The notes beneath the pieces are model-generated. The model had not been told where the DNA came from. It made no database searches and saw nothing but the letters and a program-made list of their open reading frames with translations. A stretch of 61,148 nt of DNA from Trypethelium eluteriae (Eukaryota). The stretch covers positions 1 to 61,148 of the forward strand of contig JAVECL010000077.1 of NCBI GenBank assembly GCA_051942245.1, in the 5' to 3' direction. Each line of letters opens with the position of its first letter. Positions within the stretch are counted from its first letter, which is position 1. The translations under genes were made by a program, and so were the position numbers. Positions 12,729 through 26,447 of the stretch are shown here, piece by piece.

Positions 12729-13597
12729 TTTGCGGTCGCTTGTGACAGTGTTCTTATCTTGTCTTGTCAAGCTGGGTAGAGGAGAGGAGTTTTGACGGCA
12801 GAGACTGCTAAAGTTGGCTTGGATGGTACGGGTTACCGAGCTTCACGCGAAGATGCAGACTCGCGTAGAGGATAACAACGTGGTCTGCGCCTGCTAAATC
12901 TTAGGTTGTGTGATTTGTGAATGAAGCAAGCAGCGGAAGTCAAAGCAGCATGTGAGTGTTAAATCACAAACTTGTTTGCTGTCACACAGCCCCGGCTTTC
13001 TAAATGAATACCTTGGACCTACTATTGTGGCGCGGTTGCCTGAAGGATTCAAGAAAGTCCAACCTGTGCCACCCTGTGAATCCATGCTGGACCCTGGTGA
13101 CGTCGCTTTGAGGAACAAAACACGCCAAATTGTAAGTAGGTAGCCTAAAGTAGTGTGGCAGAGTGGTAGCGTGGGCCTGGGTAGGTCTAGGCGCCAGAAG
13201 TCTCTTAACGGACCCATCGATGGAGACCAGGATAAAAAGTACCTTATTCTTGACAGGCTTCAGTCAGCTGAAGAGGCACAGGACACCAATGACCATCTCT
13301 CCAAACAGCCAAAAGATAAATGAACCCGGGACGCTTGGCTATAGGAATGCAATGCAGCAGATGAGACTGAGGAAGTAAGAGATGAACGCGATGATGAAGG
13401 TGATATTCTGGACCGGAGTGACTAATATGATCTTTGCTGCAATGATCGTGTTCTCGTGTCCTCTCACTTATAATCACTTTATTTGATGCCAAAATACAGC
13501 TTTATCTGGCTATTTTACTGCCAAGTTTCAAGAAAGATGTGCTATCTCAAAATGAGCAGAAGATCACATTGAAACATTTTTTTCCACGTTGGTGATT

Positions 13598-14535
13598 CTA
13601 TCCCTCGTCTTCATCATACAGATCCAGACTAAAGGCATTTCCTGCATCCTCTTGCCGAGATGCACGATGTCCATTCGCACCGGTAGCATAATTCTGTTTT
13701 CGCTCCGACATCTCTCTATGCCGCTTCTTATCTTCCTCTTCCTCTTCTCTTCTCCTCTCTTCCGCCTCTTGCTCCTCTCGCTTGGGATCTGTTGTCGGAT
13801 CTTTTCCTGTCTCAACCAGGTACTGCACCGTTGCAAGCCCTCCACTCCGAATATCATCATCCTTGGGCCAAGGCACAAAGGGTAGTTTCGCAAGCGGATC
13901 CAACCAGTCTCTGGTTGATTCATTGAGGTCCCGGAGACCAATGCCGAGCTGCTCCTGTTCCGCTCCAGTCGAAAGAAACGGCCCACGTTCCTTCACAGCC
14001 TCCCCTCCTACAGGCGACGTCGAGTCTGCATCTGGCATTTGCTGGTCGGGACTTTCGCACAACTCTGCTTTCTTTGCCGACGCCTTTCGATCCCAAGGGG
14101 CACGAGGTCGGTAGGTTGGGGGGACAGTAAATCGGCTAATGCGCTTGGCGTATGAGAGAAGATCGTTGTAGTTGACCTCATACTGAGAACCAGGGAAAAC
14201 CGTCGCCGGTGTCGCGAGAAGCTCTTTGCGGAGATTAGCCAGAATGCTCATGGTATGCTTCGTCTGATCGTCGAGCCTTTGAGATTCAGTACGAAGCTGA
14301 CAGATATGGGCATAGTTGGCTTGGTGGGCTGCCACTAGTGTCCGTCAGCGTTGCATGTATTGAAGTTTGTTGAAGATTCGGGCGTACGCTGGCTGAGGCC
14401 TTCGCTAAGTTCATCATCGGCTCCGACTAGATCAATGGCGGCGGCTGGTGACGGGTTGTATGAAGTGATGGAATCGAGCAGAGTATTCAACGCATTCTCT
14501 ACCCTGGTAAACTGATCCTGTATTTTTTGATCCAT
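13598..14535 (-). CDS. MED4: Mediator subunit 4; two exons, intron about 14388-14336
   Basis: FTRVENALNTLLDSITSYNPS...ADDELSEGL|..HQANYAHI..LR, LLSYAKRISRFTVPPTYR, PWPKDDDIRSGGLA, acidic LDLYDEDEG end. Confidence 0.88.
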
Positions 14536-15397
14536 ACCGAATGCTGTTACGCCGATAGTATATAGGAACAGAAAGGACGTATTCTAGCGTTGAAGGTATT
14601 CAATAGCCCTTGTTCAGTGGGTGAGGACTGAGAGGGTCGGCAGAGCGCAGCGCTGAACAGGCGCGACTGGTTCCAGGTCTGGAAGTCAGCAGGGAGGGAT
14701 TCCCGATCGTAACGCATGCATTGTCCGCTGTTTCTGGTGTTTAGTAGGTAGACACGGTAAGGAAGGTCCTGGTAGTAAGCCTGCACAGCGTGGTAGGTAA
14801 ACAATAAGGTAAGGTAATATTGTGGTAAAGCTCCTCGAAGTGCAGCGAAGAGCAAGAAAAAGAAAGTTTTAAATAGGTCAATTAGCGGTGATTTTCTGCA
14901 TGTAGGCGCCGTGTCAGCATCCAATCAGCGAACACCATGGAAATGCGGGTCACACAAGCCTAAGCGATACCGTAGAAGCGGAAGTGGATCAAGTGCGTTC
15001 TAAGCATAGGTATGAGGTAGACACCCAAGGCATTCCATACGTATAAGATGGGCTTCAAGCCTCGTGAGAACACAATGCATCGAATATATCAGAGCTGCCT
15101 TGCTGTGCTAGCTCACATCCGGTGCCTTCCTTTCCTGCCTGTTTGATCTCACTACGAAGACCACTAAGCCCCTCACGACCGGCTGCTTGACCTACCTTTG
15201 CACAGCCTCAATCACCTATCTCACGGACGGTGCCCCGCCATTCATCATTGCCTAGAATTTCTCTCATATATTGAACCTGTGTCAAGCTTGACGCGCCTAT
15301 TCACACTTGCCTATTCTCCTAGTCATCGAGATTCTCGTTATAGAGTTCACTGGGCCCACACGTGTCTGTGGTATAAGCGAACACAAGGCTTGCGAAC

Positions 15398-16595
15398 ATG
15401 GGTAAATCGTGAGTGACTTCATTTCTAATTCTCCGCCTTGGAAGAGGAAGCCCCGGATCGCATAGAAATTCACCAGATGAGAACACATTCACGGACTTGT
15501 ACTTGGTCAGGCGACCTCATTCTCCACCAAGTATCATGATTCGGAACCAAGTTACAAATCCATCTAGCCCATACACTGACCAACATTCGTTCTTCTCTGG
15601 ACGAACCTCAGCCTTCCGATGCCTTCCAATGGACACCATGGAAAATACTGTCGCCGCAAGTGGCGACAGCACGCAACGCAAAGATTCGATGCAGCAGGAG
15701 GCTAAGGCGACGAGTGCGCCTTTTAAACGAGCGAGATCTCGACCGAAACACATCCCTCGACAACTGAGCGGAAGTTACGGCTCCTACTGCCAAGAACGCC
15801 ATGTTGCGCTTCAGGTTGCTGCAAAACAGCGCATTAAGGAGCTTTGCCACTGGACTGGGCTGGATGAGATGACAATTGAGAGAGACCAACTAACGTATGA
15901 CCATCACAGCCAGAGCAAGCTCTCTCAGCAGGAGCTTAGCGATCTTCAGAAAGCGACACATTTCGACAAGAAGGAGCTGCAGCAATGGTATAAAGGTCTG
16001 GATCCGATACCCGTCCTTCATCCAAAGATCTGCGATTGGCTGACTTTCGCGAAACGCAGGTTTCTTGAAGGATTGCCCTTCCGGCATGCTCACCAAAGAA
16101 GAGTTTCAAAAGATATACAAACAGTTCTTCCCTTTTGGCGACCCCTCGTCGTTTGCAGACTACGTTTTCAACGTCTTCGATGCGGACAAGTCGGGAACAA
16201 TTGACTTCAAAGAGTTCATATGCGCACTGAGTGTGACAAGTCGCGGAAAAATGGAGGATAAGCTGGACTGGGCTTTCCAGCTATATGACATTGATGGCGA
16301 TGGCAAGATTAGCTATGACGAAATGTTGAAAATCGTGGAGGCGATCTATAAGATGGTGAGCGTGACAACTACGAAGTGTTTGCATGGTCACGATCGATTT
16401 GCTGACTATATTCAGGTCGGATCCATGGTGAAGTTGCCCGAAGATGAAGATACCCCCGACAAGCGCGTTAAGAAGATCTTTCGAATGATGGACAAGGATG
16501 AGAACGGTAGTCTCGATATGGCTGAATTCAAAGAAGGTTCGAAGAGAGACGAAACTATCGTATCTGCCTTGTCCTTGTATGATGGCCTGGTCTGA
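15398..16595 (+). CDS. NCS1: Neuronal calcium sensor/frequenin, N-myristoylated EF-hand protein; exons 15398-15408, 15910-15995, 16060-16355, 16416-16595
   Basis: Spliced MGKSQSKLS...[22 protein letters not shown]...[13 protein letters not shown]...[13 protein letters not shown]...SLYDGLV. Confidence 0.96.
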
Positions 16596-17372
16596 TGCTC
16601 TCTGTCTGTCTTTAGGTGCGCAGAATGACCCGAAGATCGTGATGGTCATGTCGATGTACAATGGATTGGCTTAATGCGACCGCGATCTGCTGTCCTTACG
16701 AAACTCGTCCAGAGTTTCTTTCAGTGTTGTATCTAATAGCAAGGGCAGATCTGGGATTGAGGACTGGAGCGGGCCGTTATATGCGTGGCCGTCGGCGTCT
16801 GGAGAACAGTTTCCCTACTTGCATTCTATGTTCAAATTGCATGATGTAGAATGATCAGCGTAAAACAGTCAACGATCGCAATAGCCGCCTCGCAACCTCT
16901 CTGTATTAATTGGCGCTTTGACAGAGATGATGTCGATCAAGTACATCCATTGTACTGCATGTCCCTTGAGTGTCGTATCTCAGAGATCATTTTGTACCCA
17001 GGTAGCTCCTCTACCCGGTACTCCGCTCCGTATGGTACCTTGCGGCCAAGCGACCTGAACGCGAGAGCACGTGATGAGAAGGAATGGGTGACTGCCGCAT
17101 CTTGTCTGGATAATGTCAGCGTCGTCAAGTAAGACGAATACTCTTGCACCTTTAACACGCTTTCTCACAGATCACTCTCGAAATTGCCGTACTGTTATCA
17201 TCCATTGGTATCGAACTTGCTGACCGTCACACCCACCAAACACGCCGAACCGCTTAGAAACGGCAATACGAAGGCAGGCAGCTGTGGTAAACTTTCTCTG
17301 CGCCGTTACCAGCAACACCACACCGAGCTAAAAGTGTCCAGAGCATGCGAATCAGGTGATAAAAGATAAACG

Positions 17373-19377
17373 ATGCGTCGAAGAGATATACATTCATCAT
17401 GGACCACCACGCTCTCGATCCTCTCCCTACTATCCATCGCGCCAGCACCCTCTTCGAGCTTTTATCTTCCAGGCATTGCTCCCGTATCCTACCGCTCCGG
17501 TGACAAAGTTCCGCTGCATGTTAATCATTTGACGCCCTCACAATCACAACGAGACAACCAAGTTCGATCCGTCTTCTCGTTCGATTACTATTATAATGCC
17601 TTTCACTTCTGCCAGCCGGAGGGCGGAGCCCAGTACATTTCGGAATCATTAGGCAGCATACTATTTGGCGACAGGATCCAGACGGCGCCATTCGATCTTC
17701 ACATGGCCAAAAATGAGACATGCAAATCCTTATGCAAGCCTCAGATATTCGAGCCGAGAGATGCCAAGTTCGTCAATAGGAGGATATGGCAAAATTACAA
17801 CATAAATTGGCTCGTCGACGGACTTCCTGCAGGCCAGTTGGTCTTGGATCCGAATACAGACACGAAGTTCTATAGCCCTGGCTTTATGCTTGGCTCGCTG
17901 AAAGATGAGCAGGCCATATTGAACAACCACTACAAGATCTATATCGACTACCATAAGGCCAATGAAGAGCAGTATCGCGTCGTAGGCATCTTGGTTGAGC
18001 CTTCGTCTAACAAAGATTCACGATACGTTGAAGAGGGCAAGGCCGAATGCGGTGATCCTAGCAATTCTGTCCCTGTCATTCTCTCCGAGAAGGCCAATAC
18101 TGAAGTTCTCTGGACTTATGATGTTTATTGGCGGCCCTCGGCGACCTCTTTTGCCACAAGATGGGACAACTACCTGCATGTCTTTGATCCCAAAATTCAT
18201 TGGCTCTCGTTAATCAACTCTGCTGTGATCGTCACGTTCCTCATCGGAATGGTCACCACGATCCTCGTCCGCACCCTGAGAAAGGACATTGCCCGCTACA
18301 ACCGGCTCGATCAGTTCGGCCTTGACGATCTGAGCGGAGCTTCAATGGATGATGGAGTCCAAGAGGACTCGGGTTGGAAACTTGTGCACGGCGATGTCTT
18401 CCGTCCTCCCAAATACCCACTCATCCTCGCCGTCCTCGTCGGCAACGGAGCCCAACTCCTCGTGATGACCGGCTTCACCATCGCCTTCGCGCTGCTGGGC
18501 TTCCTCTCCCCCTCCAACCGCGGCTCCCTCGCCACCGTCATCGTCCTGCTGTACATTCTCTTCGGCTTCGTCGGCGGCTACAGCAGCAGCCGCGTGTACA
18601 AGTCCTTCCACGGCGACGCCTGGAAGCAGCTGTTCGCCCTCACCCCAGTGGCGCTCCCCGCCATCGTCTTCGCGACCTTCTTTCTGCTCAACCTCTTCGT
18701 CTGGGCGCGTGCCTCCTCCGGCGCCGTCCCCTTCACCACCATGCTCGTCGTCGTCCTAATCTGGTTCCTCATCTCCGTGCCCCTCTCCATCGCTGGCTCC
18801 TGGCTTGGTTTCCGCACCACTGAGCCTCCGACACCGACGAAGACAAATCAGATTCCCCGGCAGGTGCCTCCGGCTCAGGGATGGCTGCGTCCCGCTCCGT
18901 CCATGCTCCTGGCGGGAGTGCTGCCGTTTGGTGCGATCTTCGTCGAGCTCTACTTCATTATGAACAGCATCTGGTTCAGCAAGGTGTACTACATGTTCGG
19001 GTTTCTGTTCATCTGCTATGGGCTCATGATCATGACTTCTGCGGCCGTCACCGTAATTATGATTTACTTTCTGCTCTGTGCGGAGAACTACCGATGGCAA
19101 TGGCGAAGCTTCGTGACCAGTGGCGCCAGTGCTGGGTATGTGTTCGCGAGCGCGATGTTATATTGGATGCGCACAATGAGTTTCACGAGTTGGACGAGTG
19201 GGGTCCTGTATTTGGGCTACAGCGCATTGATTAGCGGACTGTTTTTCGTTCTCAATGGTAAGTTTCCTGACACCGTTCCTTTATGCATACTAACTGTTTG
19301 TCATAATAGGCACGATTGGGTTTCTCGCGTCGTGGATATTCGTGCGCAAGATCTACGGATCTCTTAAAATTGATTGA
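17373..19377 (+). CDS. EMP70: Nonaspanin TM9SF/EMP70 family protein; intron about 19258-19309
   Basis: Signal peptide, FYLPGIAP, ESLGSILFGDRI, IHWLSLINS, EDSGWKLVHGDVFRPP, multiple hydrophobic TM segments, spliced C terminus RKIYGSLKID (KxD Golgi motif). Confidence 0.95.
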
Positions 19378-19503
19378 GCGTTTTTCAGAAGCATGTAATC
19401 TTAGGTATCTATCATTATCAAGACGTTAAATAGCGGCTTCTCGAATCATCTTTCATCGTCATCCTTCAATCATGAATCCCAGATCCGTGTAGTTTTGGAC
19501 CTT

Positions 19504-20687
19504 TCAACCTTCCTGCCTCAAGTCTTTCCAGGCCCTCGAAAATACGTCCAAATCTTCGTTATCATGACCATCCCGCCAGCCCCAACAAATGCTATAGTGT
19601 CCTGCTAGCAACTCCCACTCTTCTATTTCATCGACCATTTCACATCCTGCTACCCTTTCCTTCTCTTCTTCCACTATCCACTGCCTCCAAGACTCGAGAA
19701 CACTCCTCCCTTCTTGTCCACTATCGAATCCTGCATCCTTCAACCTTTTTCTTTGAGCATCGAGGTCATGAAATGTCTCCAGAGATTCGAGTACGATGCC
19801 TCGCTGAGAGAGATTGGAAACCATGATTCTTCCGAAAGGATCGTGTGGATGGATTGGCTCATATAGGACCAGAGCAAGAGGCACCGGAGTAGGTAGGAAG
19901 TGTGTCGTGAAGCTGGAGATAATGCGTGTTGAGACGGCTGGAAGGAGATAGATGAGACAGCATTCGGATAGGAGAAGAGTAGGAATATCTCGTCGGAGGT
20001 TCCTCACGTTGGGAAGGGATGCCGGGTCGGCGATAGCTAGATCGCGAAGATCTAAGGCATGTACGTTGTAGGTTGGGGTATACATGTAGGAGTTTTCCGA
20101 GCTAAACTCGGGTTCTGAGGGGAGGAAAGAGCGGAGGTATGTGTTCCGCTGAACAGTACTAACTTTGGCTATCGTGGTGGTCGGGAAGTCTAGTTCATGG
20201 TATATAAGGGTGGACCTGAGATCAGGATTGTCTTTCACGAGTCGAAAGTAGCGCGTATCTGTACCAGCGCCGAGCGATATGATCTGCTTTTGTGATGAGG
20301 GAGAAGCCGAGAGGAAGCGCTGGATGAGATGATCGATGGCTGTAGTGCGGACGTAGGTACCTAACGGAGCTTAATGAATGCTGCTAACAAAGTCTGCTAA
20401 GCTTCTGAGTAATAATTACCTCGATTGATTATCGGATATCGCCGTACAGGTGGTCCTTGAACGAATGATTTGGCAAATGGGTCGTTGAGGTAGCCCAGTT
20501 CGACAGCGCTCAGTCTGGATTGAGCAGCGTCCTGATCTGTATTCTGGATAATGGCATCCTTTGCCTCTTTGCTTGCTTCTCCATACGGACCAGACTGATG
20601 CAAGCGCAGCGCTCGACTGCGTAGACCACCACCTCTGCCCCTGCTAGTCTTCAAGGTGTTGAGATTAGGGATGTTATGCGCGTCCAT
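19504..20687 (-). CDS. PPM1: Leucine carboxyl methyltransferase 1 (PP2A methylase); exons 20687-20420, 20360-19504
   Basis: IQNTDQDAAQSRLSAVELGYLNDPF, PIINRG|TYVRT, QIISLGAGTDTRYF, ELDFP, LSECCLIYL, DEIEEWELLAGHY. Confidence 0.93.
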
Positions 20688-20860
20688 CTTCCAATTGCCG
20701 CAGCTTCCCACTTGCCCCGCGATGTCACTTGCGCCATCGGCTGAACCTCGGCGAGTGGCAGGACTAGACTTCTCCGGACGACTCTTTCAAACTGGTCCTC
20801 GTCAAAATCTTGCCTTTTTATACAGCACCTGCTCCCTCACAGCCCTGCACTGTTTACAGG
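20688..20860. promoter_or_regulatory. Compact divergent promoter shared by PPM1 and RPB5
   Basis: Only 173 bp between the two oppositely oriented ATGs. Confidence 0.6.
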
Positions 20861-21676
20861 ATGGCGGACGAACGGAGTGAGGAAGGTAAGGAGCTATATC
20901 GACTGTTCCGCATCTGGAGAACAACGCGCCAAATGTTGAAAGACCGCGTATGGTGCTCTGGTGGCATGCTGCCGTTGCTTGCGCTCACGTCGCGTTCAGG
21001 GTTATGAGCTTCTCGAGGAGGAAGTCGAGCAGCCTTTCGATGAATTTAGACAACGCTTCAGCGATGCGCAAGGTGGGCCAAAGTATGAGAGCTGTCTCCA
21101 TCTTTCATCCCTGGAGGGCGAAAGCAACGGCTAACGGTGTACCCTCTGTGCCATAGCCGCGGCGCGATGGCCTTCTCCGCGAAACCATCCTCAGAGATGA
21201 TCGAAAAATACCACGAGACGGCAACCAAGACTAAGCCTGCTAATGATAACATCGGCACTGTCTGGGTCGAATTCAACGGCGAACCAAATGTGGGCATTAA
21301 ACAGCTACGCGCGTTTGTCCACCACATTGCTCAACATAATTTCTATACTGGCATATTTGTCTCCAAATCCTCGGTCACGGGCGCCGCGCTCAAAGTCATC
21401 CCGACGATCTTGCCGCAGATTGTCGAAGTATTTGATGAAAGCGATCTGTTAGTGAACATCACGAAGCATGAGCTAGTACCGAAACACGTCCTGCTAAGTC
21501 CGGAGGAGAAGAGGGCACTGCTGCAGAGATATCGATTGAAGGAGACCCAGTTACCCAGGATCCAGAAAGATGATCCGGTGGCGAGGTATTTGGGACTGAG
21601 AAGGGGTCAAGTGGTAAAGATTATTAGACGAAGTGAGACGGCAGGACGGTATGCTAGCTATAGGTGGTGCATATGA
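20861..21676 (+). CDS. RPB5: RNA polymerase I/II/III shared subunit; introns about 20948-20999 and 21083-21156
   Basis: [63 protein letters not shown]. Confidence 0.96.
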
Positions 21677-22068
21677 TTTGTGATTGGGCTCAAGAAGGCG
21701 TTAGGGTGTTTGGAATTTGGCCCCATGTTTTGGGCTGCTCGGTCGGTTTTCTGAAAAGTCGTGCTGGCATCGGCGGTGGCGCTTAGAGGGTGACTGGCCC
21801 TAAGTCTCAGTCCCAGAATAGTATTTCCGTATTAGCTTGTAGGTCAAAATTTTTCATCTACTGTGCCCCCTTTCACTTTGATACATGAGGTCGTTCTGGA
21901 TGATTTTGACAGACTTTTCACAGTCACAAAATGCGGTAGTCAGCATCATTTCACATCATTTCATGGGTATCTCGTTGTTATTACTCTGCATGTCTCGAAG
22001 TTCATCTACCCATGGAGCTCACTCCATGTAGCTCAATGCACGTAGCTTCTCCATCTCAGTGCTCCATC

Positions 22069-22756
22069 TCATTCCATCCTCTCAATCTCTGCGCTGCCAG
22101 GCTCAACCACCGTCTCGGCAATGCTCGCGGCTTCGGTCTCTCTTGCTTGCAAATACAAGGATCTTTCTAGCTGGAACCGGATTCGCTCTTCATCCCCCCG
22201 TCTCTCCCCTCTCTCCCCGGCGCGCTCCTCGCTCCCCAGTACTAACTCTCGACCTTGCATCTGTGCTGTAAGCTCCCTCCCGATCGCCCCCATCTCCAAG
22301 ATTTTTGCTTCACTCATAAATTGCAGCACCCTATGTTTCCATTCGGTATCATTCCGTTCCCACTCTCGAGTTACGCGGTCATCATTCATGGGAAAGATCA
22401 TGTCTGGGCCTTCCCCGAAAGCATTATCAGCAACGGCGTAACCGTGAACATGGTCGATGATGGCACGAGCGGACTCGACGTATTTGTCGTCGTTGGGATC
22501 ACGCTGGAGCACGGCGCTCATGATTTGAGCGGCGGCAGCAGCGCGGTCATCGTCAGAAGATGTTTGAGAGAGAAGAGTCCGTCCATGGGCTGTCTTAACA
22601 ATATAGACGGCGGTAAGGGAAAGCTCAGCATCGCCCTCCGAGAATTTGAGAGGCGTCGCTCGGGCTGGAGGAGAGGGAGATGGTGTATCGATTGGAGACC
22701 TACGACCAGGAGGGATTGGGATTGGCCTTGAGGCGCTGTTTGATGGTGAGTCCATT
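22069..22756 (-). CDS. Hypothetical protein (~228 aa), Pro/Ser-rich N terminus
   Basis: Long uninterrupted ORF from MDSPSNS with protein-like composition; no family recognised. Confidence 0.6.
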
Positions 22757-23765
22757 GTAATTAGGTATTGCCAGTAGGTCAATGTGCCTACTCTGGATGG
22801 TCGTGGGTCGCCTAAGGTAGTTGAGTAAGTGATTGGTGGGGAGGTCAAGGAGTGATATTGAAACCAGTAACCCAGGCGCTAAGAGCTTAGCCCCGTGAAC
22901 GGAGTGCCTATAAGTGAAGCGAACTCACTTTTAATAGATTGTGACAGCTCCTGGGACCCCTAATTATGGACCTTCAGTATGTGAAACCTCACAGAAGACC
23001 GGATCTAGCATGATCTACGAGTTAAGCGAACTTCAGAGTTGTCCGTCACTGCAGCCTGCCTTGACCATAAACGAGAACTTTTACTCTCACAATAAAATCG
23101 ACTGGCATGATTGGTCAGATGCAGTTTCTCAGGAGATCGGACTGGTTTGTACGTGGAAGCGGGCAGCCCAGGTGATAGCAGCAACAAGTGGATGGCGAAC
23201 GTCCAGCTTTGCGGATCAAAGCAAGAACCGAGTGCAATGCTTACTGGCTCCTTCACGTTTTTGGAACCGACGAGTGGAAGTCTGACTCTTCCGATGACGG
23301 GTTCATTCGATGTGCCACCGATGTTGTTGCGATTTTCGTTTACTTCTCTTTTGGGAAAGTGACAGACTTTGGCATCGATTCGCCAGATTCGCAACATGCA
23401 GGTCCTTCTTCGGCTTTGCCTCGCAACTACCGGCTCTAAATTTTTCTGAATGGTATCGATAGAGATTTCATCATGTGTTTCTGACATACATCTGGGGGGT
23501 CTCAACCGTAACAGTACGAAAATCTTACCTGCGTGCTACATGCAGCCAGTGGACACAAGGAAAGATCGTTCAAACTACTCTATCTACATTCAAAAGGCCA
23601 TGTCATACAATGAGCTCCACATTGAACTACATACTGTGGCCTTCTCAGTTGAGGTAGATCAAGGAGGCCAAATTTTCCAACCAGCCTTATTTACGCGTTC
23701 AGTCGTGGTATCAGAGTTCATCTCCACTGTTTCTGACTGCTCAAGGCTCAGCCAGAATCACGTTC

Positions 23766-25044
23766 TCACTCTTCCTTGTCTTCGTCTTTTCCTGGCCACA
23801 TGATCTCCTTTGTTATTACGGCCCTGATATGAGCTGCTAGAACAAACAAGTACACGACAATTAGAACGAGTGTCAGAATACTGCCAACCCAGGTAATTGA
23901 ATTGCTTTGGAGACCCTCTCCGATCTGAATGATGGCAATCGTGAACCCTACATTCGGAAAGACAAAGGCCCACCAGGCAAGGTGGAAAGTCATATGTGGT
24001 ATCGTCAGGACTACGCTCATGAGGGTTACGCTGAAGAACCAGAAGCTCAGTGACCAGATGAAAATTCCGAATGCCAAGGCAAGCTGCTGTAGCATTGGCA
24101 CGACCTCCGGATGAGCCCCAAAATACCCGTACTGAGCTGGAACGCTTTTGCTCATGCCAATCAGAGCGAGGGCTGTGAAACTCGGTGGTCCAACGGAGAT
24201 GAACATGCCTGGTCGCAGGTTCGGGCCAGGGAGACCTGATTCCATGAGTCGTGAGATGTAGATCGCATACACGAGGATTGCGACCCAGAATCCAAGGCCC
24301 TGGAAAGTCACACCTGCGACCAGAATAGCGGTGCGTTGGTCGTCCGGTTGGGTGGGAGAGATAAGTGAAGCCACAGTACCACAGAGCATAACAGGAAATA
24401 TCGGGAGCAACCAAGACGGCGTCATTGATTGGACAGTGAGTTGTCTACCGGTGAATAGAACCCAATATTGGAAAACGGAGGAGAGGAATGTGACGACAAC
24501 GTAAATCCAAAAAAGGACTCGCAGGGCGATGGTGAGCCATACGCCTGTGGAGGGAACACCATAGCGTTGCATGCCTCCGAGGATAGTGGAAATGCTGAGG
24601 AAGAATGTAGGAAAGAAGAGGCCTTCTGTCGGATGAGAAAGGGAAGCGCGAAGTCGGCTGGGCGTGCGAACAAAGCGTACGACAATGGCACTGGTAACGA
24701 GAACAAACAGGACGAGGTCAAAGATGAAGACAATCTTTCCGATGGTCTCCAGTCCTTTGAAGGTATGGGGTTGCTCTGATAGCAGGAGGGCGATGCCCCC
24801 AGTGGACATTGTTAATGTATACCTGCAGATAGAGTCAATTAATTCTCAGTTACTCTTTTACAATTGTTAACGTATACCATGCCCAAGTGAAGTGGTCAAG
24901 TCGTTCTAGAAAGGTGGTGGGATTGGAGTTCAGGGATTTCCTCTTCTTAAGATAGGCCTGACGATCTTGAATTTCAAGATCGAGTCGAGTTGCTCGGCCT
25001 ACATGGCCTTCGTGCGATGCTACGCGTTTTGGTTCCATTTCCAT
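23766..25044 (-). CDS. MAE1: SLAC1/TDT-family C4-dicarboxylate (malate) transporter; intron 24877-24823
   Basis: ERLDHFTWAW|YTLTMSTGGIALL, HPTEGLFFPTF, PSWLLPIFP, RPGMFISVGPP, WWAFVFPNVGF, WPGKDED. Confidence 0.92.
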
Positions 25045-25599
25045 CGTTGTTTGGAATCCAAATTCAATAATTGCAGTTGTAGCTCCCTCAGAACAATAGC
25101 GAACTTATCTTCGATCCGTCAATCACTGGCTAGAGGGAAGCGGTGTCAAAATATGCTGGTTGTGATGAATGATCCACTACCGTCATTAGTTGGAGAGCCC
25201 ATTTCCTGAAGATTATCGACAAGAGCGGCAAAAGCGCTAATATTGCGATATACTATGAAAGGGCAGACCCTATTAAGATGGCTTACGACTCAAGATGGTC
25301 TCAGCTCAATCATTTGCATCCAGACCAAATATTTGCAACCTGAGACATGATCTTTTCCAACGAAGGACCTACCTAAGGTAATGGCAGGAGAATGATGACC
25401 AAGGATAAGAATCCCGGATAATCGATCCGGTGCAGGGCAGGTCCTCCCTAGTCTCTCGCTAATGGCGGTCCCTGCATGGCCATGACGCCATTTCGATGCT
25501 TTTTGCCGTGTGTGCTCCGACAAAAAAAAGTCCGTTCCAGTAGTAAGGCACGTCCAGAGTTCAGTTTCATATCCTCAGAAAACTTCCCCCGAAATTAAG

Positions 25600-26447
25600 A
25601 TGGTCTTGGTGTCACCTCGAACAGCTTCTCAAGGTCTTCGGTCCTCGTTCCGACCGTATGCAGTGCAAAACCCCTTCATTCAGCGCCCCGGAACGCCTCT
25701 CTCTCGCCGCTGGCTGGCGACTTCCGCCGCTGAACAACCGAGACTAAGACTTGGATCAGTCGGTACGAGTGAATTGCTGTTTGAGAATGCGACTTGGAAA
25801 TATTAACTAACTGAGGCCCAGCGCCGAATTTCAAGGCCAAGACCACCCATGGCGACATCGACTTCCACCAATTCATCGGCGATAAATGGGCAATCCTCTT
25901 CTCACATCCCGCAGATTTCACTCCTGTTTGCACGACTGAGCTTGGCGCCTTTGCCAAGATGAAACATGAGTTCGAGAAGCGCAATGTCAAGATGATTGGT
26001 TTGAGCGCAAACGACCTCAGCTCCCATGGTAGCTGGATCAAAGATATCAACGAGATCTCCAACACCAATCTCCAATTCCCTATCATTGCCGATGCAAACC
26101 GCAAAGTTGCGTTTTTATACGACATGATTGATCAGCAAGACCTCGAGAACATCGACGAGAAGGGCATTGCGTTTACGATTCGCAGCGTATTCGTCATTGA
26201 TCCCCAGAAAAAAATAAGGCTCACAATGATGTACCCTGCGTCGACTGGACGAAACACAACCGAAGTTCTTAGAGTCATCGATAGTCTGCAGACGGGCGAT
26301 GTGAAAGGAGTGACTACGCCGATTGATTGGGTTCCTGGCGACGATGTGATCGTTCCGCCGAGCGTAAATACCGCCGATGCGAAAAGGAAATTTGGAGATA
26401 TTCGTGAGGTCAAACCGTACTTGCGGTTTACTAACGTTGGAGAATAA
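25600..26447 (+). CDS. PRX1: Mitochondrial 1-Cys peroxiredoxin; intron 25763-25821
   Basis: Arg/Ser-rich presequence, LRLGSV|APNF, FSHPADFTPVCTTELG, YPASTGRN, KPYLRFT. Confidence 0.95.

Noticed and set aside
14741..14830. Cluster of GGTAAG/GGTAG motifs between MED4 and NCS1
   Set aside because: Lacks the rest of the hairpin terminus; unexplained low-complexity promoter sequence
18374..18823. Overlapping alternative-frame ORFs in GC-rich parts of TM9SF (also FMP27 43087-43577)
   Set aside because: Shadow ORFs caused by high third-position GC
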